A DNA stretch of 53,501 bases from Bigelowiella natans CCMP2755 (lineage: Eukaryota; Protista; Cercozoa): positions 1 to 53,501 of the forward strand of contig ADNK01002148.1 in NCBI GenBank assembly GCA_000320545.1. The letters are read 5' to 3'. Shown here piece after piece: positions 25,797 through 39,554 of the stretch; position 1 is the first letter of the stretch, and the number at the start of each line of letters is the position of its first letter. Both the position numbers and the translations under genes were made by a program. The notes beneath the pieces are model-generated. The model did not search any database, had not been told where the DNA came from, and saw only the letters and a program-made list of their open reading frames with translations.

Positions 25797-28480
25797 TCAA
25801 ACAACCCCAAGTTTGCTCCACTCCACAAGTTTGGAAGGCATGTGATCAGCCCTAACACGCACAATTAGTGTGACATTAAAGAAAAAGGACTTGTGGATTT
25901 GTTTTGTGTAGTATGAGGGGTACGTTTAACACGATGACGAATTTTGTGAAGGCTCTTGTGGCTCTAGATGGCCGTTTTCATACAAGATGCTAACTGTTTG
26001 CACTGACGACCTCACAGGTATGATGATGTTGCAAATTGTGTACTACCTATTTTGAAATAGTAAGCAAGGAGTTGGCAGGGAGGCGTCGTCTTTGTAGTTG
26101 ATAAGATCTAGGCAAGTAAATGCTGCATTGTAATGCTTGAACACCTTCCCGGGAGGCGCAACCTCAACTGGAATTTTGAGTCCCATCAAATCCCGCAATA
26201 TTAGATCAATTGTGTCATGGTGGGCAACGAGAGCGATCGTCTTCGAATCATCATCTTCGAGCCTATATGCGATTATGGAGGGGAAATAGATGGCCATTGA
26301 GCAAGGAGCGAGAAGTGGGGCAAGAAAATCCACTGAAGATGTGTGTATAATTCGGGAAAGAGGACATTATGGTAGTGACGGTGACAACACAGAGACAATT
26401 TTAAAATGAATACTTGGCCAACAAAAGTGCTGACGCCTATTTGTCGGTCTTCGTTTGAGTTCTAGCTGTGAACCGACAAATATTTTGTCGAATCAATGAA
26501 CTGGGTCTTACTACAAACACTTCTTCTTCTCCTTCTGCTACTACACCAGCACAGAATTGGGAGGTTTGGATGTTTCTTTTTTGTTAAAGGATCCTTCCAT
26601 TTGCATCATATAACTATCATTCAAAAATAATTTATTTTCTTTGTACCTCATCGCCATATCTCTCAGCCGTGTGGAAATAGCAGCTGCGCGTAGGACAGCG
26701 TGCGAACCGGTCTCCATTCGGAGTTTTTTGGGGTACCACTGAATTAAATAATGTTTCAAAATTTTCGTCACATTAACACACACACACACATGATATATAA
26801 CTAAGTCAATACATGCACTTTTGCATCAAGTGGATGCCCACAATCCCGCGAGTCTCTGCATCCATGCATGCACGCCTTGATATAGAGAGCAACTATTCTA
26901 AATGACATCTTCCGAAGCAACGGAGGAATAGCATTAAGACGTTGTTCTTTTTGCGGAGGTTTCGAAAGTAGCTTGCTGTTTTGCCGAACTTTTAATTTCT
27001 AATCGTTTAATTGTACACCCCATGCTGCGTAATTTCTTCCGGAGGAAGAATATATCCCGGGTAAAGCCGTTGCATTTCATTGCGGCTCAGCCCTCCCACT
27101 CCATAGAAACTCTGATGATACAAAAAAACAAAACTATGTGGCAATGATGATATGGTGATTGAGCAGTTGCTTAACTTTATCAGAAATATTTTATAATATC
27201 CAAACAGTAGCATTATTTTGGGATCACTACCCCTTTTTCTCCACCAAAGCACCCGCCAACCTCGTACATGTCGGTCCATACAGTCGGGCTCACTGCGGAT
27301 AATTGGGAAATCGTAATCACTATCAATGATCACTGCTACTGCTAGTGGTAGAACATAAGAGGTACTTCTCAGGCTTTCAGCAATAGGCTTTGCTGTTGAC
27401 AGCGCCCTCGTCATCGGCGACACGTAAATCTTGTCGAGAGGCGAAACTACCTAGGATTCGTGAAGCATCGACACGAATCGGCATGTAATATTAAGCCATG
27501 ACAGGATGGAAAAGCAGGGAGGTCAAGGCTTGTTTTCATGCCGACAGCATCCATTAAAAACATGATAAATTTAACTTCTTCTACCGGAGGATTTTTCGCC
27601 AATGCATTAGCAGCTGCCTGCACCTGCTTTTCCCCCTGGCAGCCAGTAGCAGTTGCAGAAACAATAAAGCATCAATGCTGTTGCTATTACCACTAATATT
27701 AATCAAAATAGTCAACACGAATACCTTCGCTGACAGTTTTGGGTCGGGCTTCCTATGCTTCCAGTACTCATCGTCACTAATGTTGCAAAGAACCTGATAA
27801 AGATCGATTATAACGACATAAACACCCGCACGCACACTGCAAGTGGTATTGAAAAACTGCTTTAAATTTCTTATACACAACTTTCTTTAACTATTTATGT
27901 ATTAGTGCCAAAGAAAAGATTACTATCCTACCCACATTGTTTTCGCTTTCTCCATGCCGGATAAATAAGATCTGTAGCATAGGTAGGTAGAGCATGATGA
28001 GAAGGGAATCGACTCAGAAACATGGGGTCTAACCCTAAGTTTGCTTTCTCCTTGAGCACTTGCCGTCTTCGTCCAGAAAAGGCATCCTCCTTCGTTTTGA
28101 GGTAATATATCAAGACATTTGTTTAGATACGGTATATATTTTGGAAACTCTAGTCTACAAATGTACAATTACCTCCAGCAGCTGCAGCAGCTGCAGCAGC
28201 GGCAGCAGCTCCCAAACCAGCCTTGTTCGCAAAGGAGGAGCCGTGTCTAAACCTGTAAGTCTTGAGATTGTTGCGTATCGCCAGATGCATGATTGTAGCC
28301 CTGCCCCTCCCTAATAACTGCGATTTCATTGACCACATATGATGAGATCGATGGCAGAACAAAAACGAGCAGATCTAGCACTTTTCTCAGTTGAATAGGA
28401 GCCTACACCTTGCACCATTTGCCCTGGAGCGTCCCAGCGGCTCTTTTGATCGAAGTAGAAGCCCTGCCCACCAGCTGCAT
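25797..28480 (-). CDS. Histidine phosphatase (phosphoglycerate mutase-like) with probable mitochondrial presequence
   Basis: ILFIRHGESENNV..PDPKLSAK..IYVSPMTRALSTAKPIA..EVGG..ETGSHAVLRAAAI..TIALVAHHDTID..HYNAAFTCL..QNRADHMPSKLVEWSKLGVV*. RHG motif and second His are present. The N-terminus is basic and Ala-rich; start codon less certain. Confidence 0.85.
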
Positions 28481-28819
28481 CAGGAGTCAGCAGCTCTGTA
28501 CACGCCGAATGTTGCGGGGTTGTTCTCTCTCAATATCTTAAATATTTAGAAATATACCCGATCAATATCACCAAGATGTAGCTTTCCCAGATCCTCCCCT
28601 CTCCCCATCCTTCTCCTCTCCCGAAGCCGAAATCCATCCGGGGGGAAAATTGCGCCTGATATATCTGAATACATATTCACAGAAGAAATGAGCAAGGTAG
28701 ACGAAAATGGAATGCCAGTAGCGTCCTGCGACAATTATACTTTACAAAAATAGCATATAAACCGCATTCGTTTTGTTCCTGGGACAAGGGGCGAAGATCG
28801 GCGCCCCCACCACCAGAAC

Positions 28820-30899
28820 ATGCCCCCGTCCTCCGGGCATCTATTACACTTGGTGTTGCTGGTGTTCATCGGTGCAGTCTCTCCCAGTCCCAAATCTGCG
28901 CTCCTCTCACGAATATCTGCTAGAAATTCATTTCAATGGGCACTCAGCCAGCGATATTTGAGGGGGGCACCAGAGAGACACCGGGTAGGAGCATCGCCTC
29001 AGAGGGGGGTACTTATCGGGAACAGCCCAATACTTAGACGGACCGGAAATGCTCCGGCTATGTCACATAGAAGCAGCAGAAAGTCTCTTAAAGACCATAT
29101 AGTACGTGCAGGGCGATTCTCTGATTCAAACGAGTTTCCGAGCATAAACTACCTGTGGTCGGCATTGGTTGTCGAAGAGCTTGTAAGACTAGGCATCAAG
29201 TATCTTTGTATCGGGCCCGGTACTACATCAAAACCACCTCGTTTTATCAATGTTATTGATTATGATGAAAGCGAAACGACAACGACGACGTCAAACGAGC
29301 ATAAGTCTGCACATGCTTGGGTGGTTTAGGATCCGAGATGTGTCGTTTTCCCATCTGCAATTTAAGCGTCCCGTCTGTCCGTATTGATTTAATCGACGAC
29401 GTGTGCGAACACACAAGCTGAACTAGAGTTAATCTATGTGTTTTTAGGCTCCCGATCGACTCCCTTAACCATAGCAGCCGCCGAAAATGCCAACATAACA
29501 ACCATCGTGCACTTTGATGAGCGCTCTCTTGCGTTCTATGCGCTTGGACTCGCCAAGGGGTCAGGAGAGCCTGTTGGCGTCCTTACGACATCAGGTAGTA
29601 ATATTTTCATCCTTCTCAATGTAATCGCTTTCGAATCTAGAATGTATGGGACTAAAAGTAGAGAAACACTGTTGCTGACACAGTCAACTTGGCGCCTCTT
29701 AATAGGAACTGCAGTAGCAAATCTACTACCTGCGATTGTCGAGGCCAAACAGGTAGAGCATTACTACTATTGCTGCCTTTGAAAGCTAAGAATAGCCGAC
29801 CATTCAAATATCGAAGAAGCAAATTTGAGTCGTGTTCTTCCATATTAATCATAACGAAGAAGCGTCGTCACTTCTATCCCTCCCTACCCCCCCCCCCCCC
29901 ACACACACACACGTTTTCATAACAATACGTTAATCATTGTCAATTTCTTCAGGACAGCGTCCCTCTTGTCATCATGAGTGCAGATCGTAAGTTTGTTCCT
30001 CCTTTCTCTCCCCTTGAAGTCACACTCAAAACGCGATGACTGAGTGGATGAATGAACGATGAAATTGAATTAGATGCCAGCATTCTTCTTTCTTTCCACA
30101 GCAATTCTGATCTTATCGGAGAAGGATGTATCCAGCAGGAGAACAACACGCCCTCTCTTCTTCCTCCCCTCCCCTCCGTGTAGGACCAATCGAGCTCCTC
30201 GACTGCGGAGCCAACCAAGCTATCGACCAATCGCACATCTTCAGATCGTTCGTGACTCACTTTCAAGTAGTGCATCTTTGAGAGCGGCCGACAACTAACG
30301 AGAGTGTTGAGAAGGAATAAAGATGAAACGCCCACTAATCACTGATCGTGATCTTTATGTCATATTTCGTGTTGCTGCTTCTGGTCGCTTTGCCAGGAAA
30401 TGCCATGCCCGACTGTGGAGATTCCTGCGTCGTTTGTGCTTTCTTCCGTCGATTATGCCGTGCATATGGTCTCTTCACGTGTTTTTGTTAATGCTTTCTC
30501 TCTTTCTCCAATAATTCTTTCCCTCGACATCATCTATACTAGCTGCTCGTGATCCGTGGCTCTTATTCATCATCATCATCGTCATCGTCATCGTCATCGT
30601 CGTCGTATTCGTCATCATCATCACCACCACCATTCTTTTCATCGTTGCCATAATCTGTAGTACCAACAAGAAGATCACACACACACACACACACACATAC
30701 ACACATATCCAATGAATCTATTAGGCTAGAAGCAGACGACAACCTGTGCACCTAAATTTTCACTATCGCGAGCCTCTCTCCCCCCCCTCCGTATCGTCAT
30801 CACCATCCTCTTCCTCTTCCTCCTCCTCGCTATCAATGACATCGGCATACCTACAGTCTCTATCAAACTGGGTGCGTATTACTCTTGTCGCAGAGCGGT

Positions 30900-30937
<38 letters not shown>

Positions 30938-31423
30938 TGTGAGTGTGTTATTCACTGATAATCCCCCTCCTGAAGATGAACGACGACACCTTGCGCCCCA
31001 TGACCTCATACTCGGGATCTGAGCCTGGCAAACCTAGCCACAGCATTGCCATGGAGGTTCTCCAACAGGCCAGCAGGTGCTGCTGCTGTTAATAGTAGCA
31101 GAATGGGGTGGGCGGTGATGAGTAGGAGGACGAAGGAACACTTCCAAAAATGAAGAAACAGCCGACAGCGCGCGACAACCAAATCCCATCGTTTGCATCC
31201 AGAATAACCCACGGTCTTGACATCGAAGTATTGAATGTACTGAAAGGTTCAGCAAGGAGGAGATTTTGATAATTGCGGGAAATGTGAAGGGTGAAGCCGA
31301 CGCTGCAGGGATCTTAGGTTGTGCATCGACGGCACAGATGCGTTGTCGTTTTTCCTGGAACTTGGACGAGAAGAAGAAGCAAGAATTCTGCAAGAAATAT
31401 AGATATTTTATATATATGTATAT

Positions 31424-31465
<42 letters not shown>

Positions 31466-31515
31466 ATGCAACATATAAGATTGACATTCTTATCAACTCT
31501 GTTAATACATTTATC

Positions 31516-31549
<34 letters not shown>

Positions 31550-31704
31550 GTAAAACTGAAATGTATCAATGTGTTTCTTTATTCTCGATCAAAGCCCTCG
31601 GAGAGCAATGGAACGTGCCGATATTTACCGATGTTACGTCGAACCTAAGACTTCTCCGCCCCACCTCCAGCGGTTCTGACTGATTATAGAGATCTAGCTT
31701 ACGT

Positions 31705-31740
<36 letters not shown>

Positions 31741-32819
31741 TGTGTTGTTATGATCGCGTCTGATCACTGTGTGTTGGCTGCTATTTTAGCCGTTGAAATG
31801 TTTTCGGATGGAGATGCAACAGCCCTGCGAATTGCGCAGAACCCAGACGCCATGGTCGCACATCACGAGATCTTTGATGATAAATAACCACCTCTTCCTC
31901 ACCAACATTGATCTCGAATTCATCACCTGTATGCGCGAAAAAAACATGACGTGTCTGTTGCGTGCGAATCATTGCAATTGCTCCCACTCGTCATCTGTCA
32001 GGTGGTCATGTTTGGCGATCGATTCGTTTCGAAGTCGTTGCTGACGGCGCTCGGAAAGTCGCGTCCTTTTCTTGTTCAGATATCGGACACAGCGTCGAGG
32101 CAGGACCCGAATCACGCGGTAAATATGCACCTTTTTTTCTTCTTTTTACCATTTCGCTATCATCATGTGGGTACATCTTCCATCATAATCGATATCATCA
32201 ACATCGTCGCAATCACCGACATTTATTCATTCAACCCCCTCTTCCTCCTCTTCCTCTTCCCTCATGTTCACGGTGTGTGCAGGTAAATGTGCGGCTTGTC
32301 GCTGACATTGCGAAGACCTGCAATATGCTTATGGAATACCCCCTTCTGAGCAAGAGGGGGGGGGGGGGGACATCAACTTCAACTTCATCTGAAGATAAAG
32401 TTGATGATGATAATAATAACAAATACTCTGAGGACAAGAAGTCCTCTGCAGGACTAGCACCCTTGTCTTCTGGCAATAGCAACACTATGATGATGGAGAA
32501 TGCTGCCAAAGACGAAGCTACTTTTGTTAAGTGGTAGTGATGAATAACATGGCCTGAGCACAAGTACCCACCACACACACATACACACACATGTACGTTA
32601 AGAACGTATGGATTCTATAAATGTCATTAGTCTTGATTCTGTGGTGTTTGGGGTTGTATTTATCAGGGTTTGTGAGCAATTGGGAGCAGATCATGCCTTG
32701 TTCGTAGGTGATGATAGTGGCAATGACGACGACGATGATGGATAATGATGATGACAGCACATCATCGACCATAGCATCATCCATATTATTCACTCCTTCT
32801 AATCTTCTCTTCGTCTGTT

Positions 32820-32906
<87 letters not shown>

Positions 32907-33102
32907 CTTTTCTTAATGTGCCCCTCCTCTTAGGTAATTCTATGGCTATCCGATACGTGGATAGACACGCCTCTCGTCTCTCACCAACGTCATCATCGTC
33001 ATCAACATCATCATCACCGTCGTCAAGGAATAGCAACAAGGCTGCACCGAGCATCATCTACGCCAATAGGGTAACCCCCCTCAGCACACACACACACACA
33101 CA

Positions 33103-33137
<35 letters not shown>

Positions 33138-33231
33138 GGTCCTTTTCTTCTAATTTATGTTATCGATGATTATTGCACGTACGTTCCCCCTGGTTACCTG
33201 TTGTGATCTTCTTGCTGTGGATGTTTGAAAC

Positions 33232-33267
<36 letters not shown>

Positions 33268-33848
33268 ATGATGTCGGCTACAACAGGGTGCTAGCGGCAT
33301 TGACGGAGTAGTCTCGACTGCTTTAGGCGTGCAGCAAAGCACGGAGAAGCATGTAGTACTGATCATAGGTCCGTTCTCCTTTCTTTTTTTTTATTATCAA
33401 CGATTCGGCAAATATAATGCGCGAATTATGATGAATTGCTGCTTGTTTTTGGGGCGATCAGGCGATTTGTCGTTCCTCCATGACATCGGGTCGCTAAGTC
33501 TCGCAAAAGACCATCATATCACGATAGTCCTGGTACGTTAGCTCCGTTATCATCTACGCCGTCGTGTCGTCGTTGTCGTCATCGTTTTCTGGGTCGATGG
33601 TTGCAAGCTGCATGCTGTTCGGACTGCAGCGGCTGTTGCTCTGCTCTGTATAATAGTAAACCATCATTGCATCAGATGAGTTATAGTTTTCACTTGCTTT
33701 CCTCCTCTTTGGGATAGTTGGCTAGTTGTTGCTGTGTAATCTCCTTTGAATTGTGCTATCGTCATGTCGTCGTGTCGTCAACTGTACCAGCTGAACAACA
33801 ACGGGGGAATTATCTTCCAAAAATTGCCGGTGCGTTTTCTCTCTCTCC

Positions 33849-33892
<44 letters not shown>

Positions 33893-34483
33893 GTGTGTGT
33901 GTGTGTGTGTGTGTACATTTACATAAGTCACTTTTTCTTGCAACACCGATTTTTCACCCAAATTACTCTGAGGAAAGGAATTATCTTGGTGATGAAGTCA
34001 ATAGCGGTGCCTTCTCACTTCTCACAGGTTTACGAGCAAAAACACATTTTTCGAGAATATTTCCAAGCTCCACACGGCTTGGAATCGTTCAAATGTACTG
34101 CAAAGCAGTTCGGCATAAGTTACACCAAGGTATGAAAAGCGGCAGTGGCAAGTAGTAGTAGTATTAGTAGTAATAGAAGAAGAGGAAGAATGCAAAACAC
34201 AGAACTATGCAGTCAAAAACAGACATCAACTATGGAGTTGTATTCAATGAAATGCCCGTTAGAAATGATTGGGGGGGGGCGCACGTTCCCGAACTGAAGC
34301 ATGGTGATGAGGAGAATGAGATAAAGAGAACAACAACTCCTCTCACTAATCTTTGTTTGATAGATCGATGGCCATGAAGAGATGTTGGCCCTGCAACAAC
34401 GGCTCCAAAGTAGCGAAGGCTCGAAAACACCTGCTCTCTTTGAGCTTATCATCCACGAAGACGAGGAAGGAAAACAAAAGTGA
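28820..34483 (+). CDS. menD: SEPHCHC synthase (MenD, phylloquinone/menaquinone pathway), stand-alone, with bipartite plastid-targeting leader
   Basis: [25 protein letters not shown]|[26 protein letters not shown]|[17 protein letters not shown]|[39 protein letters not shown]|[34 protein letters not shown]. Stop at 34481-34483. The leader [21 protein letters not shown] is followed by an Arg/Ser-rich segment. Confidence 0.93.
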
Positions 34484-34499
34484 CGAGCATCAGCGCGCA

Positions 34500-35300
34500 G
34501 TTTCAGCTCGTTGGTGCATGCTAGCGCATGTAAGAATGTACTTTGCAAGTATATCTCGCCCCTCCCTGTCATCACATCAATGTGTGCATCCATGGAGAGC
34601 ACATAGGCACTACTGTTGTTCGTGAAGTTCGAATTCACTCGCGTGCGCTGGCATCGTGCTCACATGTCCACTCAGAGTTCGCCCTGCCAGATCTAGAGAT
34701 GTTACTTGCTAGCTTGTGACATGCTTCGCTGCAATTGAAGTGGGCAGAAGAGCAGAGTCATCGATCGACGCATTACCCACCTTTGCTGGATCGAAGCGTT
34801 GCTACGTGCGCATCGATTAGATATGATTGCGACTGCACAGCGCCACTGGCAGCTTCTGTTTGTCGACTATCTACATCTAGACCACATATGTCGATCGTCC
34901 GTGCTTGTCGTGAAGCTGCGAGAAAGAAATGAACGTCGTCTGTGATGAACGTGTCAAGGCACTGCTAGCTAGCTAGCACTGTGTGAGTGGACACAGCACA
35001 CACTAGCACATCTCCACACACTGTCTAGCTAGCTAGCTGTGTGGAAATTCAGCATAAATGCGAGCGGCTACCATGCTGGCTAGCTGGCATGTCGTGGGCG
35101 CATTCAGCATGCATGCTGGCTTGAGCAGGCACCATGTGAGCGCACTTTGCTCGACACGCATCGCATGCGCGGCCATTCATGTGCAATGGGCTAGATTCAG
35201 CTGCTTGCATTCAAACATGGGCTAGATTCAGGGGGATTGCAACAGTGCAGAAGGTTGCTGCTTGTATTCCAACATTGGTTGCAAATGAAAGCTACGGTGT
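34500..35300. other. CTAG/GCATGC/TGCA-rich intergenic tract between the convergent menD and EamA 3' ends
   Basis: Runs such as gctagctagctagc and gcatgcatgc; in 34921-35280 most surviving TA dinucleotides are inside CTAG. Confidence 0.7.
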
Positions 35301-35414
35301 TCTTAATTTCTCGCGTGTCTCTCGATCGTGATCACCACGGTGACAATTCTGAATAGAGGGGACAATTTCCTTCGAGGAATTGCAACAGGCCATGCTCGCT
35401 CACAGCCTTTTCGG

Positions 35415-35658
35415 CTATGTAGTAGCTTTAGGTGCAGGTTTCGCTGCGAAAGAAAGAAGAGCTAATCCAGAAAAAATACCTAGGACGCCCCAAATCATGG
35501 AATCTGTTTTATGAATACAAAGCTCTAACGTGACTTCAGGAAAAGTGTTCAAACTGCGCAAAAAGGAAGTTCCACATGGACGTATTCCTCCTACATTTCC
35601 AACTCTCTCTGTCTCAATCTTTTACCCGCTCTCCCTTCCTCTCTCCCTTTCACTCTCT

Positions 35659-35699
<41 letters not shown>

Positions 35700-36804
35700 T
35701 CTCTCTCCCTCTCTCTCTCCATCTCTCTATGTTTGAATGGTGAATGTCTGAACCGACGGTGCGGCATAGTGAGCTTGGCGTCTGGAAGTAGCGTCTTAGC
35801 GACGACCGTGGCGCATGCTGCGGTCACTGAGTGTGTGTGCACACAGAGGGAGGGTGGGGGGGGGAGAAGGAGGAGGGGAGGAGGAGGGAGGCATCAGCAA
35901 GCAGAAAATACATAAATATCTCCCTCTTTCTTTCTTTGTTCCTGTCAAATTATACCTGGCTGCGAAGCGGTGTACGCTGAGGTCACAGATCCCTCGAGAT
36001 TTTGCGCAGCAATGGAGTTCAACCCATAAGGTACCTGATAATGCAGCATCATCACCATCATTATCGTCATCGTGCGGTTGCTATCCTTCGTTCTCCGATG
36101 AAACAATTGAGTAGCAAGATGAATAAAATGAACGATATCAATACGTGACGTTTGTCAGTGTAAAACCCTCCCTCTCTTCTAGGAAGACGACACACACGTT
36201 AGAGATACATCCCGCTCTGCGCTTGTTGTAGCCAAAGCATTGTTGGTTAGTGTTAGTATTTGTCCTCCTCCTCCTCCTCCTCCTCCTCCTCCTCCTCCTA
36301 CCACTGTCATGAAGATGACGACGTATAGAAATGGAAATATGAAGGACTCAGGGATCTGGTAACCATCTCCACAACCTGCTCACCACCAACCGATGTAAAG
36401 CAGCAGCCACAGTAAATATAGAAGTCATACTCAGAAACAGCTCACGGTGTTGATGATCACGGCCAACAACACACAAACGGGCAATCCGTTTCACACAACG
36501 CCGACAGTTATTACTAAGTAGATACTGCGATTATTTCAGGTCACAAATCTGAAGGAAGCAAAAACAACGCACTGACGACGCTAAGAAGAAGAAGAAGTAG
36601 TAGTGGTAGTAGCTTTGACCGTTCTTCGGGCATAGCAGCTCGTGGGATACTGGCGTGGAATGGCCGATATATGTCGCTCTAATCCAGTCCAAAACAACGA
36701 TGAGAGCTCGACAATTACACACATTTGGCACATTTTATTTCTTGATAAATGCTTATCGTTTTGTACCCATTGCATGCACCTACTACCCCCTTTTGCCTAT
36801 TAGT

Positions 36805-36873
<69 letters not shown>

Positions 36874-37066
36874 TTTGATAAATTCTGCAAGTGAGACTTA
36901 ATTGATTACCCCGCCATGAGAATAGCACATACAAATGATGCCCATCCAAGCTGTAGTACATATATGCCCGGTCAGCAACATCACATAGGTGGAGGGTGGT
37001 GGGAATCATCGTGTTAATAATTTGAGGATATTACGGCGTGGCAACCTCATAAGCAGCAACAACAGT

Positions 37067-37100
<34 letters not shown>

Positions 37101-37155
37101 CTATCATTATCCTCAGCATCGACGATATCGCCACTCACAACAGGGCACAAGTGAG

Positions 37156-37198
<43 letters not shown>

Positions 37199-37255
37199 TA
37201 GATGGTATGCAACCCTTTACCCTATGAATTTAATGCGAATGATAGTATCTCCCCT

Positions 37256-37301
<46 letters not shown>

Positions 37302-37981
37302 CGTTGTGTGTGTGTGTGTGCAAAGATGTAGTACAATGGGGGCGAATGCGTGGCCTTTCGAGATTAGTTTTTTGGAGAGCAACACCATCGACGCCGACCC
37401 CAAACAAGCAAGTACAAATATGCCATTGACCCAAAGAGGGGTGGGAGCATCCTTGGTGACGTGTATGTTTCATTCATACAAATAAGCACATTGGAATTCA
37501 AATGAGACTTCTTGACGAATATGCATAAATACGTGTACTCGCGCACGTGTGTGCGTGAGAGGTTGGAGGGGGGGAGGGGAGGGGGAGAGTGAGAGAGAAG
37601 AAAAATGTTATCTCATTTTAGGCTCAAATTTAGTCGTCGTCCAACTTCCTAATCTTGCGAAACCTGTGAAGCGCTGTCGTCGGCCGGCTGTGGCTTGGCG
37701 AATACCTATTTGCACACATCATTATCATCGTTATCTTCATCATCATTTGGAGCTAAGCAAATAATGCATCACCCTACATTCACCAACGTCTTGGACGTAT
37801 TAATGTCTTCAAAGAAATCGATATTTTTTTCTTTGCGCGGAACAATGTGTTGCTTTCAATCTAACGTCGCTGTGATTAATCTTTCTATCTCCTCTCTCTA
37901 CTACAATGTAAATGCAGCTTCCAAACACCAGAAGGACCCCGAGGACCTAGGAGGGGAAAGAGCCACGAAGATTAATAAGGT

Positions 37982-38024
<43 letters not shown>

Positions 38025-39205
38025 CAGAATTGAAATATTGGTAATCTTTTTGGAGACCAAATAATTAGACTGATGTGTTTTATTCCCTGTAACACTTGCA
38101 GATGGCGAGATATCTCAGGAGGAAAAACCGTTATGTTCAGCGCCGTCAGGATACATCTTCTTCACAGCTTCGCTTTAAAACAAACACTGGAAGTAGAATG
38201 TGCTCTCTTCTTCTTACCTTAGTCATAGACACGGGCTCGATGCCCAGCAAAGTTACCAGCACAAGAGTGAAGATAGGCTGTGTGTAAATATATAGTAGGA
38301 GATGTAAGAGCTCTTGGTTGAAGGAATAAGATTTTGTTTGTGCATGTGCCGACGATCGTAAGCGTATGCATTGATGAGGCCTGGAAGAAAAGTGCTGGCT
38401 CTTTTATCGAGTATCTTTATCAATGCGACGATTGACCGAAGACCACCTGTGTTGGCTGCCATATAGCTGCCATGACTGGATTTGAAAGCTTTATACCAAC
38501 AAGATACCCGCTCTTATGTTAACAACATTCATAAAAAAACACATCGGTGGGTCACAACCTAGCAACTGCACTCTCGCCTTTAAAACAACACAACGACCCC
38601 CGTTCTAGCAAAGCCACAAAGTTTATATATTCTTGTGACGATAAGTGACCATGGGCATCATCCGCAACGATATCATCCGGAAGGTGTGTATAGGTATGTA
38701 TTGAAATATCACCATAGAGACGAACATCGCTATGCCGTAGAGCACCAGGAGTCCCCAATCCTTTGATGCAATCCCTATAATGCGTTCAAGGTCACGTAAC
38801 TGTCTGGCTGTCGCCGTTGAGTGATAAATAATCAACATACCCTTGAATCTAGCCTGTAGCAAGAAGATCGATGTCGCGCCTACAGCACGGAGCATCGCAA
38901 AGTACAGCGGCGAAATACTTCCCAGCGCCAAGCTGCATAAAAAACCAAAAAATAAGTCCCCTCCCACGCACTGAGTCCCTCTCGCCATGCTGCTTAAGCA
39001 AAACACCCCTAAAGAAACGACGAGTCGGAAGGGAAAGGGGCGGTGCAAACGACCCGATAACAACACTGCCGACACCGAAGCATGTGTTGGCTCCTAGAGC
39101 AGCAAAATGGCCCCAGATAGCCCCCGCTCTGGTTTCCGCTTTCCTTGGACCCGTAGCAGTGGTAGCGGCAGCAGGAGTTGCAGCAGCCTTCCCCTTCTTC
39201 CCCAT
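35415..39205 (-). CDS. EamA/DMT family (WAT1-related-like) transporter
   Basis: Hydrophobic exons: GHFAALGANTCFGVGSVV..ISPLYFAMLRAVGA..GIKLSNPVMAAIWQPTQ|PIFTLVLVTLLGIEPVSMTK|VLGVLLVFG..VPYGLNSIAAQNLEGSVTSAYTASQP|VTAA..IFSGLALLSFAAKPAPKATT*. Some internal exon boundaries are unresolved. Confidence 0.82.
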
Positions 39206-39554
39206 TGATGATCGACTTTGCGGAAAGAAGGCGATCGGTCCGTTTGTCGACTGAATATGAAGGAAATACATGCTATTTTCCGTGGACGACAAGAGGGCAC
39301 CGTAAAACAGAGATTTATGGTAAATAATATCAAAAGGATGGAAATATATCGGTGAAAAACAATAAATATCAACGGGATTTCTGAAGTCCCAGGAGTATCG
39401 GAATAAAATCTGTTTCTAAATCTCCCAAAATTAAAGTTTGTGATAACACAAACAACAACAACAACAACAACAAGGACTAGCAGCATGCCCTGCCCCGTTT
39501 GCAGAGATGATATCCTTTGAGAGCAGCAGCAGCGGCAGCGGTAGCGGCACCAGG

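Noticed and set aside
28820-34483. menD (and the YqaJ gene) as bacterial or phage contamination, or as an operon
   Set aside because: Both have many spliceosomal introns, host-type microsatellites and eukaryotic targeting leaders.
34440-34520. Alternative frame [13 protein letters not shown] at the menD 3' end resembling a MenD C-terminal helix (possible frameshift)
   Set aside because: The in-phase exon already reads through ..PALFELII.. to a stop; the resemblance is too short to support.
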